A stretch of DNA of 64,000 nucleotides, taken from the NCBI GenBank assembly GCA_012295275.1, contig CM022673.1, positions 14,880,001 through 14,944,000 on the forward strand. The letters run 5' to 3'. Under the pieces are notes generated by a model, which did not search any database, had not been told where the DNA came from, and saw only the letters and a list, made by a program, of their open reading frames with translations. A program made the translations under genes and the position numbers. How positions within the stretch are numbered: position 1 is the stretch's first letter; each line of letters begins with the position of its first letter. Origin of the DNA: Chrysomallon squamiferum (taxonomy: Eukaryota; Animalia; Mollusca). Positions 12,301-24,300 of this stretch are shown here, piece by piece.

Positions 12301-15300
12301 CCAACAGGCCTCGCAAAAATCACTGAAACTGTCAGACAGCCCCCTAGGCCGCTAAGTCCCCAATCCACGGGCTGAGACAGGTTTCTTTTATTAAAAAATA
12401 CACGTCTATATGAAGCCATTTTTTTTTTCCAACAGTCCGTCTCGCGACTGTTGGACGACACTATACCACACCCGGATGTCAGATGAGGCTACCTTCATCA
12501 GGGCCGATTTAGACCTTTCACTTATCAAACTGGGTACCAGTATTGAACTGATGCCCAACCCCATAGTGTCAAAAGGTGTGTGTCACACTAGAGGTGTACC
12601 AAGGAACCTCACGAAAGGAGAGGACCCTCACCCACAAAACTCTATATCCCAAACGGACAGGCTTACTCGCAGGACATAACAATTAGCCAAAGCATCCATA
12701 GACAAATGGACAAGACGGTGGCTTACGGCACCTGGGGGCAATGCACTTTCGTTGCAGAACCCCTAAAACAGACAACACCAACCAAAACAAGGCCGACAAC
12801 ACAACGACAGAAATACAAACAGCGACATGACGGCCATACGAAACAAATTCCCCAACACGCCCCCAAAGTAGCAATAGACACAGAGGAGTTCCCGCTCCTC
12901 AACCTGACGCCGGGACGACCCTGGCCAAGAGAATTCGTATACACCCATGTACCACCAACTGGACGGGCAGCCTCCACACCTCAACAACACCCCACAAAAA
13001 AACACCCACTACACAACACAAAGGGCACACAAAACAGCAACAACAACCACCACAACAGACCAATCCTTACGAAAACTAGTAAAAATACAACCTGGCAAGG
13101 AAACAACAAAACAAATACTAGAAGCGCCAAAGAAAGAAAACCCAGATGCGATGATTCAGAACATCACGATCTGGAAAAACGGCTACTGGGATGTACTTCT
13201 GTCTGCCACAACACAAGCAGAGCACATCCTATTCCACCAGAAACCATTCGCCCAGCCCACTCTCAGACAACAACAAAACAACTCAAACTTTAACCCGTCT
13301 CAGAGTTGGAGTGACCTTCGGACTAAATGACAGCAGACAGACTCGACAACACTGAGTGACAAGTGCGGCACATGCCATAAACTGGACAACGTCAGACACT
13401 ATATTTTTTACTGCATCAAATACGACAAGGACAGACGCAAACTAAACACAGCTTTAACAAACATCAAAGTCAGATTTACTCCAGCTGACATTTTCAACCC
13501 CCCCAAACACCTAAAAAAAGAAGTAGACAACCTGATAATGCGATTCGTGGAAGCAACAAAAGTCAAAATATAAACACAGACACATTCACAAAACACTACA
13601 TAAAATAAACACATCCGTATCCAACCCCAGAACCAACTGGCAACCTCTCCTCGATGTCTGAACTCCAAAAATTAACGCGACGCCAACAAAAAGCACGACC
13701 ATTTTTTTTTTTTTTTTATTATTAAATAATAGTACAAACTAAATAAATAAATAAACAAATAAATATAAATAAATAAAACCCCTTAAACAGTGCCCAATGC
13801 ATACCTACATATATATGTGTGTGTGCATGTATCTATGTGTATGGGTCTGTATATAGGTATCTACTGCACCCTTTTGGATCTTAATAAGTAAAAACCACTC
13901 AAAGGTTTATTCCAAATTGCCCACTTCAAATGCACCTGCACCCTTCCCTTCCCATTCCTTTTCCCCCTTTTCCCTTCCCCTCTCCTGTCCGGGAACCCAT
14001 CCCTGGCGATCCCAGAGACCGGATCCGTGATAGGCGTGCCCGAACCTTGAATTGGACGTGGGCACGTAAAAAGAGTTCTCCATCCATCCGATTAGCTCAG
14101 ACCAGATTAGCTCAGACGTTTCCGTAATTCAGTCGACAATTCGTGTTCTCGTTCACTTTCGCTCACATTAGGATTCGCGCAGTTTCGATCCAAGAAGTTT
14201 CCGTGTTTTTGTTAGAAGGAATAAGTGTTCAACTTCCGCACTGGGATTACCGTTTATTTCCTGCAAATTCGATAAAAGTGTGATAGGAATACTTCTAGGA
14301 AAGCAAAAGGAATTGAGTTCTAGCCAATCGTCGACGAGCTAGCGTTCAACCAATAACATTCCAGTTCCAACGAAAGTCTGCAACCAATCAACGATGAGCT
14401 AGCGCCAGCCACTAAAAAGCCAGTCTGCACAAAAAGCTGTCGACCAATCAACTTAGAGACAGCACCAACCAATCAGAATCCACAGTCCACCGGGAATTAT
14501 CTGTTCATCTTTGAAACTTCCCAAATTAGGATTCCAATTCAATTTCGAACTTAGAACACTTCGACATCAAATCTGGTAAGAAAAGGAATCCTATCATCCC
14601 AGCACGTCATACTCACTTTCCCAGCACCAAACTTTGAAACTTCCTCTTATCTCTCCCCTTACCAACCTCAAACCCTCTCCCCCAGTGCTAGTGTTGTCAA
14701 ATATTTTAAATTCGTGTATTGTAATTATTAATTTAATATTAATTGCATATAGACAAATATAAATATATAAATATTATCTTAACTTTTAATTCTTGGAATA
14801 TTATTAGCAAAACTAAATTTAATAATTTAACCTTGTTTGCTTTTTTGTAGTGTCATTAGTGAAATAAAAATAATTAATCAACTCGTATACTAAATAAAAA
14901 TGGCCGATACGAATAAATCCATCGGCACAGTTAGTGCCGAGGTTGCCCCTCAACAAATCTGCGGAACGGAGGCGGAATTACCACGCGTGGAATCTCTTGA
15001 CTCCCCGGTCGACAGAGACAATGGAAACCTATCCGACAACTCTGAGGGGGACACGATATACGTGGGACTGGTAGAGACGACACCCGACGGCTCCCCCCGC
15101 CCCACCCTGTCCCCAGACTGTAAACAAATCCTCAACTGCACCGCAACTGCCCCAACCGGAATGACCATCATTCCAGAGTCCCCACAACACAAAAACAAGA
15201 AAAGGAAAACCCACCCAACTGTCCAATCCCCCCCAAAACAGGCTCCAGTCAGCACATCGAACAGGTTTTCAGCCCTGGACATGCTGAGCATTGCTGTTCC

Positions 15301-18300
15301 CCAACAGGGCTCGCAAAAATCCCTCAAACTGTCAGCCAGCCCCCTAGGCCCGCTAAGTCCCCAATCCCCGGACTGAGACGGGTCTTTTTTAATAAAAGAA
15401 ACCCGTCTCTGTACGAAGCGATCTTTTTCCAACAGTCCATCTCGCGACTGTTGGACGATACCTTTTATCACACCCGGATGTCAGATGAGGCAACCTTCAT
15501 CAGGGCTGACTCGGACACTCCACTCATCAAACTGGGTACCAGTATTGAACTGATGCCCAACCCCATGGAGTGTCAAAAGGTGTGGGTCACACTGGAGAGG
15601 TGTACCAAAGAACCTCACGAAACGAGAGGACCCTCACCCCCAAAACAAACAAACCCATCTACCCCAAACGGACAGACATACACACAGGACAAAACAAGCA
15701 GCCAAGCCATACACAGACAAATGGACAAGACGGTGGCTTACGGCACCTGGGGGCAATGCACTTTCGTTGCAGAACCCCTAAAACAGACAACACCAACCAA
15801 AACAAGGCCGACAACACAAAGACAGAAATACAAACAGCGACATGACAACCCTACGAAACAAATTCCCCAACACGCCCCCAAAGTAGCAATAAACACAGAG
15901 GAGTTCCTGCTCCTCAACCTGACGCCGGGACGACCCTGGCCAAGAGAATTCATATACACCCATGTACCACCAACTGGACGGGCAAACTCCACACCTCAAC
16001 AACAAAACACCCCACAAAGAAACACCCACTACACAACACAAAGGGCACACAAAAAGCAACAACAACCACCACAACAACAGACCAATCCTTACGAAAACTA
16101 GTAAAAATACAACCTGGCAAGGAAACAACAAAACAAATACTGGAAACACTTAAAGAAAACCCAGACGTGATGATTCAGAACATCACGATCTGGAACAACG
16201 GCTACGGGGATGTGCTTCTGTCTGCCACAACAAAAGCAGAGCACATCCTATTCCAGAAACAGTTCAAACTGCTGGCGTTTGAGGCACACCCCATAAAATG
16301 CACCCAGTGCCAGAGATGGACATAATATAAAAAAATGCATGTAAAAGATTCGTGATAGGCGTGCCTGAACCTTCAATTGGACGTGGGCACGTAAAAAGAG
16401 TTCTCCATCCATCCATTAGCTCAGATCAGATTAGCTCAGACACAGATTTTGATCCTTTTTTTTCGTTCAGAACATCGTTGGGGACGGCACGCATTTTGAT
16501 TACTCTCGCTTTTCACTCGTTTTGCCTGGGATTTCGTTTCATTCTTTCGTGGAGTTATCAGGAATATCTGCTCACTATTTTGTACTCGTACTTCGTACTT
16601 GGGATTACGTGATTACCTATTCTTGTACCGTGTAAACGCGACGGAATCGAAAACCAGCCAATCGTGTAACAGATCTCTGCTCATAAACCATTGGCGTAGA
16701 ACGAACCATCAAGCAATCAATCGCCATCGAGAGATCTTAGGACACACTCCGACCAATCAACTTCGAGAAGCACTGCAGCCAATCAGACTCCCATCACTCT
16801 CGAGAGCCCTTCGGACAGCAATGGGAACCGACCAATCAGCTTCAAGACTCACGGCAGCCAATCAGACTCCAAACAGCGACCAGACTACTGAATCGGCCAG
16901 CAGCCAATCGCCTTTAAGCCCTGCAACCCCTTTTCAATACGGAGGATTAGCTGTTTGTTTACCTTTTGCGCTTCTTCGCACTTAGGAATCTATGTGCAAA
17001 TTCGAACTTCGAGCACCGACGAACAACTGACATCAAATTGGGTAAGAAATGGAATACTATCCTCCTCCCAGCACAACACAATACACTTTCCCAGCACGAA
17101 ATTTTAAACTCCCTCTTGTTACCTCCTTATACCAACCTCAAACCCTCTCCCCCACTGTCCTTGTTAATACTCCAACGCTTATTGTATATATATATATATA
17201 TATGTATCTGATCGTAATTTAAATGATATAAAGTTTTTATGTTGAGTACTAAATTAACTAAAATTCTACATCTTGCACTAAAATATTAACTATAACTATA
17301 CTAAAAATAAAAATAACTTTAAATATACTAAAAATAAAACAAGCAAGGTAATATATCAAACTAAACATACAATGGCGGACACAAACAAAACAGTCGGAAC
17401 AGCCAACACCGAAGAGTTTTCCCCCAATAAACAAGGAGTCACAGAAAGGGAAATCCCAGACTTCTCTCTCGGCTTCCCAGACGACAACGGAAGCACGTCT
17501 GACAGCTCACTAGACGACAATCTACGTGGGGCTCGTACAAACACCGGAAGGTTCTCCCTGCCCCGACCTGTCCACTCCCCCAGAATGTCCCCAAATAAAT
17601 GTCACAGCCGGACTGACCACCGTTCCGGAGTCCCCTCAACCTAGAAATACAATTAAAAACAAAAAACGAAAAACACACCCAACTGTCCAATCTCCCCCAG
17701 AACAGCTGCCAATCAGCACAGCAAATAGATTTTCGGCCCTGGACATGCTCAACATCGCTGTCCCCCAACAGGGCTCCCATAAATCCCTCAAACTGTCCGC
17801 CAGCCCTCCTAGACCCGCTAAGGCACCAATCCCCGGGCTGAGGCGGGTATTGTTCAACAAAAAAAACCCGACCCTGTACGAAGCTATCTTCTTCCAACAG
17901 TCCGTCTCGCGAAAGGTGAGGGTCGAAAGGTGAGTGTCACGCTTGCGAGGTGTACGGAGGAACCTAGAGAGAGGAGGGTCGCCACCCAAGTGAAGACCTT
18001 GAGCCCATCTGCCCCCATCGAACTAGGATACTCCCAGGACGAAAGGAGCAGCGAGGAAATCCATCGACATTTGGACCGTGCGGTGGCCTACGGCACCTTC
18101 ACGGCAGAACCCCTGGCCCAGGTGGACGCCAAACCAAGGAGAAAGAAACAGAAACAACAAAACAAACACCACACAAAAAGGACTTTTTAAAACTAGCAAA
18201 CACACACCCGACAATACCGAAACAAAAAAACAAATACCGCCAAGATAACCCCACAAAACAAATCCCCCAAAGCCCCCACAAACTATCAAACAACACAGAG

Positions 18301-21300
18301 GAGTTCCCGCACCTCACCCTCAAACCAGGAAGAACTTGGCCCCGAGAGTTGTTACTCGAGCGTGCCACCAACTGCACGGGCAAAAGCCATCCCGCAACAA
18401 CAAAACACCCCACAAAAAGACACTCATTACACAACACCTAAGATACACACGACACCAACAGCAACCACCACAGCAGCAGATCACTCGCTAAGGCGACTGG
18501 TGAAAGCAAAACCAGTTCCTGAAACAGCTATACAGGTATTACAGATAGCGAAAGAAGAAAACCCAGAGGTGATGATTCAGAACATCACCATCTGGAGCAA
18601 CGGCTACTGGGATGTGCGTTTGTCTGCTAACACGACAGTAGACCACATCCGCTTCAAGAACGAACACCTACAACTGTTGACGTTCACAACACAACCCATC
18701 AAATGCGCCCAGTGTCAACGATGGGGAAACAACACAAAAAAATGCAGGTCGTTGCGGGGACACCCAACGTGTTTCAGGTGTGGGGGCAAACACCCCAAGA
18801 AAACGCCGGACAACCCGTGCCGCCAACCCACCCAATGCGCAAACTGCAACGGCCGACACTACACACACAGCCACCTGTGCACGGCCTACCGCAACGCACT
18901 GAAACACCTGGAGACCATAAAAACCACACACAGCTAGCCCCCCTCACGCATCAGGCACACACTCATACACACCAGCCCCCACGACAGACGCAAAACAAGG
19001 ACAGCTGGGCAAAATAACCAACAAAGACAGCCCAGTGACAGCCCTCCAACTACTCAGGGTTGTCACTGGCCTATTCCTAGACAGATCCCTGCGAACCCCC
19101 AACCCCAACCCCAACTCCAATAGATCGGACGAAAACAAAGAAAGCCACTGTGGCAGCATGTCTAACCCTACAGCACCACCTGGGAATACTGCTCGACACT
19201 GTGCTCCCACACGCAATCAACTTTTACCAAAACAACACCAACACCGAAAACACTAAACAAATATAATAAATACAGTCAAAATACATGCAACAGAACCAAC
19301 CTCTAACACTATCAAACTCCTTCACATCACACATGGGAGACAAACAAAACATTAAACACAAACAAGCCAAAGGCCTTAACATCCTACAATGGAATGCCAA
19401 AGGCCTCAAAACAGGAGGCCATGGCGAAGAACTCAAACACTACATAACTAACTCTAATATACAGTTAGACATAATATGCATAAAAGAAACCTGGATCACC
19501 AACACACAAACACGGAAGAATCAACTCTTCCAAAACTCATTCTAGGTTTCTATGGTTTCTTTCACAACACCAACTGCACCACTAGAGGAGGAGTAGCGAC
19601 ATTTGTCAGAAACAGGTTTGGACCACATGGACCATAAGGAAGCAGCCAAAAAGGAACAACAGCAGCAAAAAAAGAAACATCAGAAGCCAAAAAGAAACAA
19701 CGACAGCAGCCAAGAGCAGAACAACCAGGACGGCAAACAACACAGACCCGGTGATGGCTGAGAGATTGTGCCGGATATCACGGGGGGCAAATTGCGGCTG
19801 CGATACATCCGTACCGACTCGTTACGATCCGATATGCTGGACACTTCCTTGTGTCCTGCAATCGTGGCGAGAATCCATTCTTTTCCCTACCCAAAACTTT
19901 TCTGCAACGGACACGCCCGCTGACCTGTCAGAAAGTGTGCCCGTCGCAGACGTGCTTCACAACAGCTTGCTCTGATTGGCACGTTAATTTTTTTCCATTC
20001 CATTCCATTCCAATTTTTGGACTCTCAGAAACCACAGATTAGCTCAGATTCACTTGCTCAGCATTCCCGTTCAACTTTCCGACAGACACAAGACGTCACA
20101 GATTCGCTCCACTTGCTCAGTTTTCCAGATTCGCTGTTTCGATCCAAAAAGTTCCCGGTTTCTAGAAGGAATAATTGTTCAACTTCCGCACTTGGATTGC
20201 CATTTAATTGTTCCTGCAAATTCGCTAAAATTGTGATAGGAATACTTCCAGGACCACGGTACACACGATCGCGAAAAACAAAAGCAAAAGGAATTGAGTT
20301 TCAGCCAACCATCGACGAGCTAGCGTTCAACCAATAACATTCCAGTTCCAACGAAAGTCTGCAACCAATCAACGACGAGCTAGCGCCAGCCACTAAAAAG
20401 CCAGTCTGCACAAAAAGCTGTCGACCAATCAACTTAGAGACAGCACCAACCAATCAGAATCCACAGTCCACCGGGAATTATCTGTTCATCTTTGAAACTT
20501 CCCAAATTAGGATTCCAATTCAATTTCGAACTTAGAACATTCGACATCAAATCTGGTAAGAAAAGGAATCCTATCATCCCAGCACGTCATACTCACTTTC
20601 CCAGCACCAAACTTTGAAACTTCCTCTTATCTCTCCCCTTACCAACCTCAAACCCTCTCCCCCAGTGCTAGTGTTGTCAAATATTTTAAATTCGTGTATT
20701 GTAATTATTAATTTAATATTAATTGCATATAGACAAATATAAATATATAAATATTATCTTAACTTTTAATTCTTGGAATATTATTAGCAAAACTAAATTT
20801 AATAATTTAACCTTGTTTGCTTTTTTGTAGTGTCATTAGTGAAATAAAAATAATTAATCAACTCGTATACTAAATAAAAATGGCCGATACGAATAAATCC
20901 ATCGGCACAGTTAGTGCCGAGGTTGCCCCTCAACAAATCTGCGGAACGGAGGCGGAATTACCACGCGTGGAATCTCTTGACTCCCCGGTCGACAGAGACA
21001 ATGGAAACCTATCCGACAACTCTGAGGGGGACACGATATACGTGGGACTGGTAGAGACGACACCCGACGGCTCCCCCCGCCCCACCCTGTCCCCAGACTG
21101 TAAACAAATCCTCAACTGCACCGCAACTGCCCCAACCGGAATGACCATCATTCCAGAGTCCCCACAACACAAAAACAAGAAAAAGGAAAACCCACCCAAC
21201 TGTCCAATCCCCCAAAAACAGGCTCCAGTCAGCACATCGAACAGGTTTTCAGCCCTGGACATGCTGAGCATTGCTGTTCCCCAACAGGGCTCGCAAAAAA

Positions 21301-24300
21301 ATCCTCAAACTGTCAGCCAGCCCCCTAGGCCCGCTAAGTCCCCAATCCCGGACTGAGACGGGTCTTTTTTTAAAAAAGAAACCCGTCTCTGTACGAAGCG
21401 ATCTTTTTCCAACAGTCCATCTCGCGACTGTTGGACGATACCTTTTATCACACCCGGATGTCAGATGAGGCAACCTTCATCAGGGCCGACTCCGACACCC
21501 CACTCATCAAACTGGGTACCAGTATTGAACTGATGCCCAACCCCATGGAGTGTCAAAAGGTGTGGGTCACACTGGAGAGGTGTACCAAAGAACCTCACGA
21601 AACGAGAGGACCCTCACCCCCAAAACAAACAAACCCATCTACCCCAAACGGACAGACACACACACAGGACAAAACAAGCAGCCAAGCCATACACAGACAA
21701 ATGGACAAGACGGTGGCTTGCGGCACCTGGGGGCAATGCACTTTCGTTGCAGAACCCCTAAAACAGACAACACCAACCAAAACAAGGCCGACAACACAGA
21801 CGGAAATACAAACAGCGACATGACGGCCATACGAAACAAATTCCCCAACACGCCCCCAAAGTAGCAATAAACACAGGAGTTCCTGCTCCTCAACCTGACG
21901 CCGGGACGACCCTGGCCAAGAGAATTCATATACACCCATGTACCACCAACTGGACGGGCAGCCTCCACACCTCAACAACAAAACAGCACCCCACAAAAAA
22001 ACACCCACTACACAACACAAAAGGCACACAAACCAGCAACAACTGCCACCACAACAACAGATCAATCCCTACGGAAACTCATAAAAAAAACAACCTGGCA
22101 TGGAAACAAAACATACTGGACGCATTAAAAAAAGAAAACCCAGACGTGATGATTCAGAACATCACTATCTGGAAAAACGGCTACTGGGATGTGCTTCTGT
22201 CTGCCACAACAAAAGCAGAGCACATCCTATTCCACAACAGAACATTCAAACTGTGGGCGTTTCAGACACACCCCACAAAATGCGCCCAGTGCCAGAGATG
22301 GGGACACAACACAACAAAGTGCAGGTCGTTGCAGGGGACACCCAACGTGTTTCAGGTGTGGGGGCAAACACCCCAAGAAAACGCCCGACAACCCGTGCCG
22401 CCAACCCACCCAGTGTGCAAACTGCAACGGCCGTCACTACACACACAGCCACCTGTGCGCGGCCTACCGCAACGCACTGAAACACATGGAGGCCAAAAAC
22501 ACACACACAGCAACCCCTCCTCACTCGTCAGCCATACACCCATACACACCAGCCTCCAGGACAAACACAAGACAAACACAAACAGGCTCAATCAACAACA
22601 AAGACAGCCCAGTGACAGCCCTCCAACTACTCAGGGTTGTCACTGGCCTATTCCTAGACGGAGCACTACAAACTCCCAACCCCAACCTAAATAACAGATT
22701 GGAGGCAGCGGTAAAAAAAGCCACGATGGCGGCATGTCAAACCCTACAACACCACCTGGGAATACCGCTGGAACTAGACACTGTGCTCCCACACGCAAGC
22801 AACTACTACAAAAACATCACCAACACCGAAAACACTAAACAAATAAAATAAATACAGTCAAAATACACGCAACAGAACCAACCTCTAACACTACCAAACT
22901 CCTTCACATCACACATGGGAGACAAACAAAACATTAAACACAAACAAGCCAAAGGCCTTAACATCCTACAATGGAATGCCAAAGGCCTCAAAACAGGAGG
23001 CCATGGCGAAGAACTCAAACACTACATAACTAACTCTAATATACAGTTAGACATAATATGCACACAAGAAACCTGGATCACCAACACACAAACACGGAAG
23101 AATCAACTCTTCCAAAACTCATTCTAGGTTTCTATGGTTTCTTTCCACAACACCAACTGCACCACGAGAGGAGGAGTAGCGACATTTGTCAGAAATGAGC
23201 TCTCCTACTCACGTATCACACTCACAAATCACCACATCAACATAGAGACACTTGGGATATCAATACATGGCCAGGATGAAGACATTAACATTTTTAACTA
23301 TTACACCCACCCAGGCAAAAATCAATGCAACATAACACTCGAACACTACACTAAAAGCATTCCCGCTAAATTTATCGACAACTCCATTGTACTAGGGGAC
23401 TTCAACAGCAGAAACCACCTATGGGGTTCCTCTAGTACAGGCAAACAGGGAATCATCGTCAAAAAATTTATGGAGCTTAACAAACACATGTCTGAACGAT
23501 GGCACGCCAACCTTCCTATCAGACATATACAACACCTGGTCATGCATTGATATCTCAACAGTGTCTGAAACAATAGCCTCTAAATGCGAATGGAAAGTCC
23601 TCAACAACCTCAACAGTGATCACCTACCAATACTCATCTCATACAACACACAAAACAACTGGAAAGAGGTAACAATAAACAAACACAAATGGAACTTCAC
23701 GAAAGCCAACTGGACTGAATTTAAAAAACAATGTCTGGACACAGACCCTAAACTCATTCGAAGCAATAATATCGACACTTTTAACCAAAATTTAACTGAC
23801 AAAATAATTAGCATTGCTTATAAAACTATTCCAATTTCTAATTATAAATACAAAAATAATTCAGTCCCTTGGTGGAGTGAAGAACTAAAACTCCTCACAA
23901 AGGCACGCAACAAACATCGCAAAACATACCAAAAACACAACTCAGCAACCAACCTCGCAAACCTCAAAATCAGTAAACACAAAGTCTCACAAGCCGTGCT
24001 ACATGCAAAAAGAGAATCGTGGAAAACCTTCTGCACATCTATCAACATCAACACATCTAGTAAGGAAATTTGGGCCAGAATCAAACGCATACAGGGCAAA
24101 CCAATTAGCAAGAACACACTACTCGTCCGCAACAAAACCTCCATACAAACAAAGAGAAGGCCGCTGCTCTGGGAGATGTCTTTAAACACAACTCGAGTAC
24201 AAACAACTTTCCCCCCAAATTTCGAAAAATTAAAAATAAATTAGAAACAGTCAACAAAATTCCACCTGACTCAAAAACCCCAGGAACAAAATATAATATT

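Noticed and set aside
14091-14117. CRISPR-like repeat-spacer array or tRNA-derived head suggested by TAGCTCAG (A-box-like)
   Set aside because: Units are short and irregular, there are no cas genes in this eukaryotic DNA, and no B box or cloverleaf follows.
14091-14300. HDV-like or hammerhead ribozyme at the LINE 5' end
   Set aside because: No nested double pseudoknot or CUGANGA/GAAA core with flanking stems could be traced by eye, and the tips are not conserved. An Infernal search would settle it.
8757-20879. LTR retrotransposon with the repeated 5' UTRs as LTRs
   Set aside because: No TG..CA ends, PBS, protease or integrase; ORF2 is APE-RT-RNase H and the ends have simple-repeat tails.
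23120-23135. Programmed readthrough or frameshift at the TAG shared by copies 4 and 5
   Set aside because: No canonical slippery heptamer; a single missing A in a homopolymer explains it.
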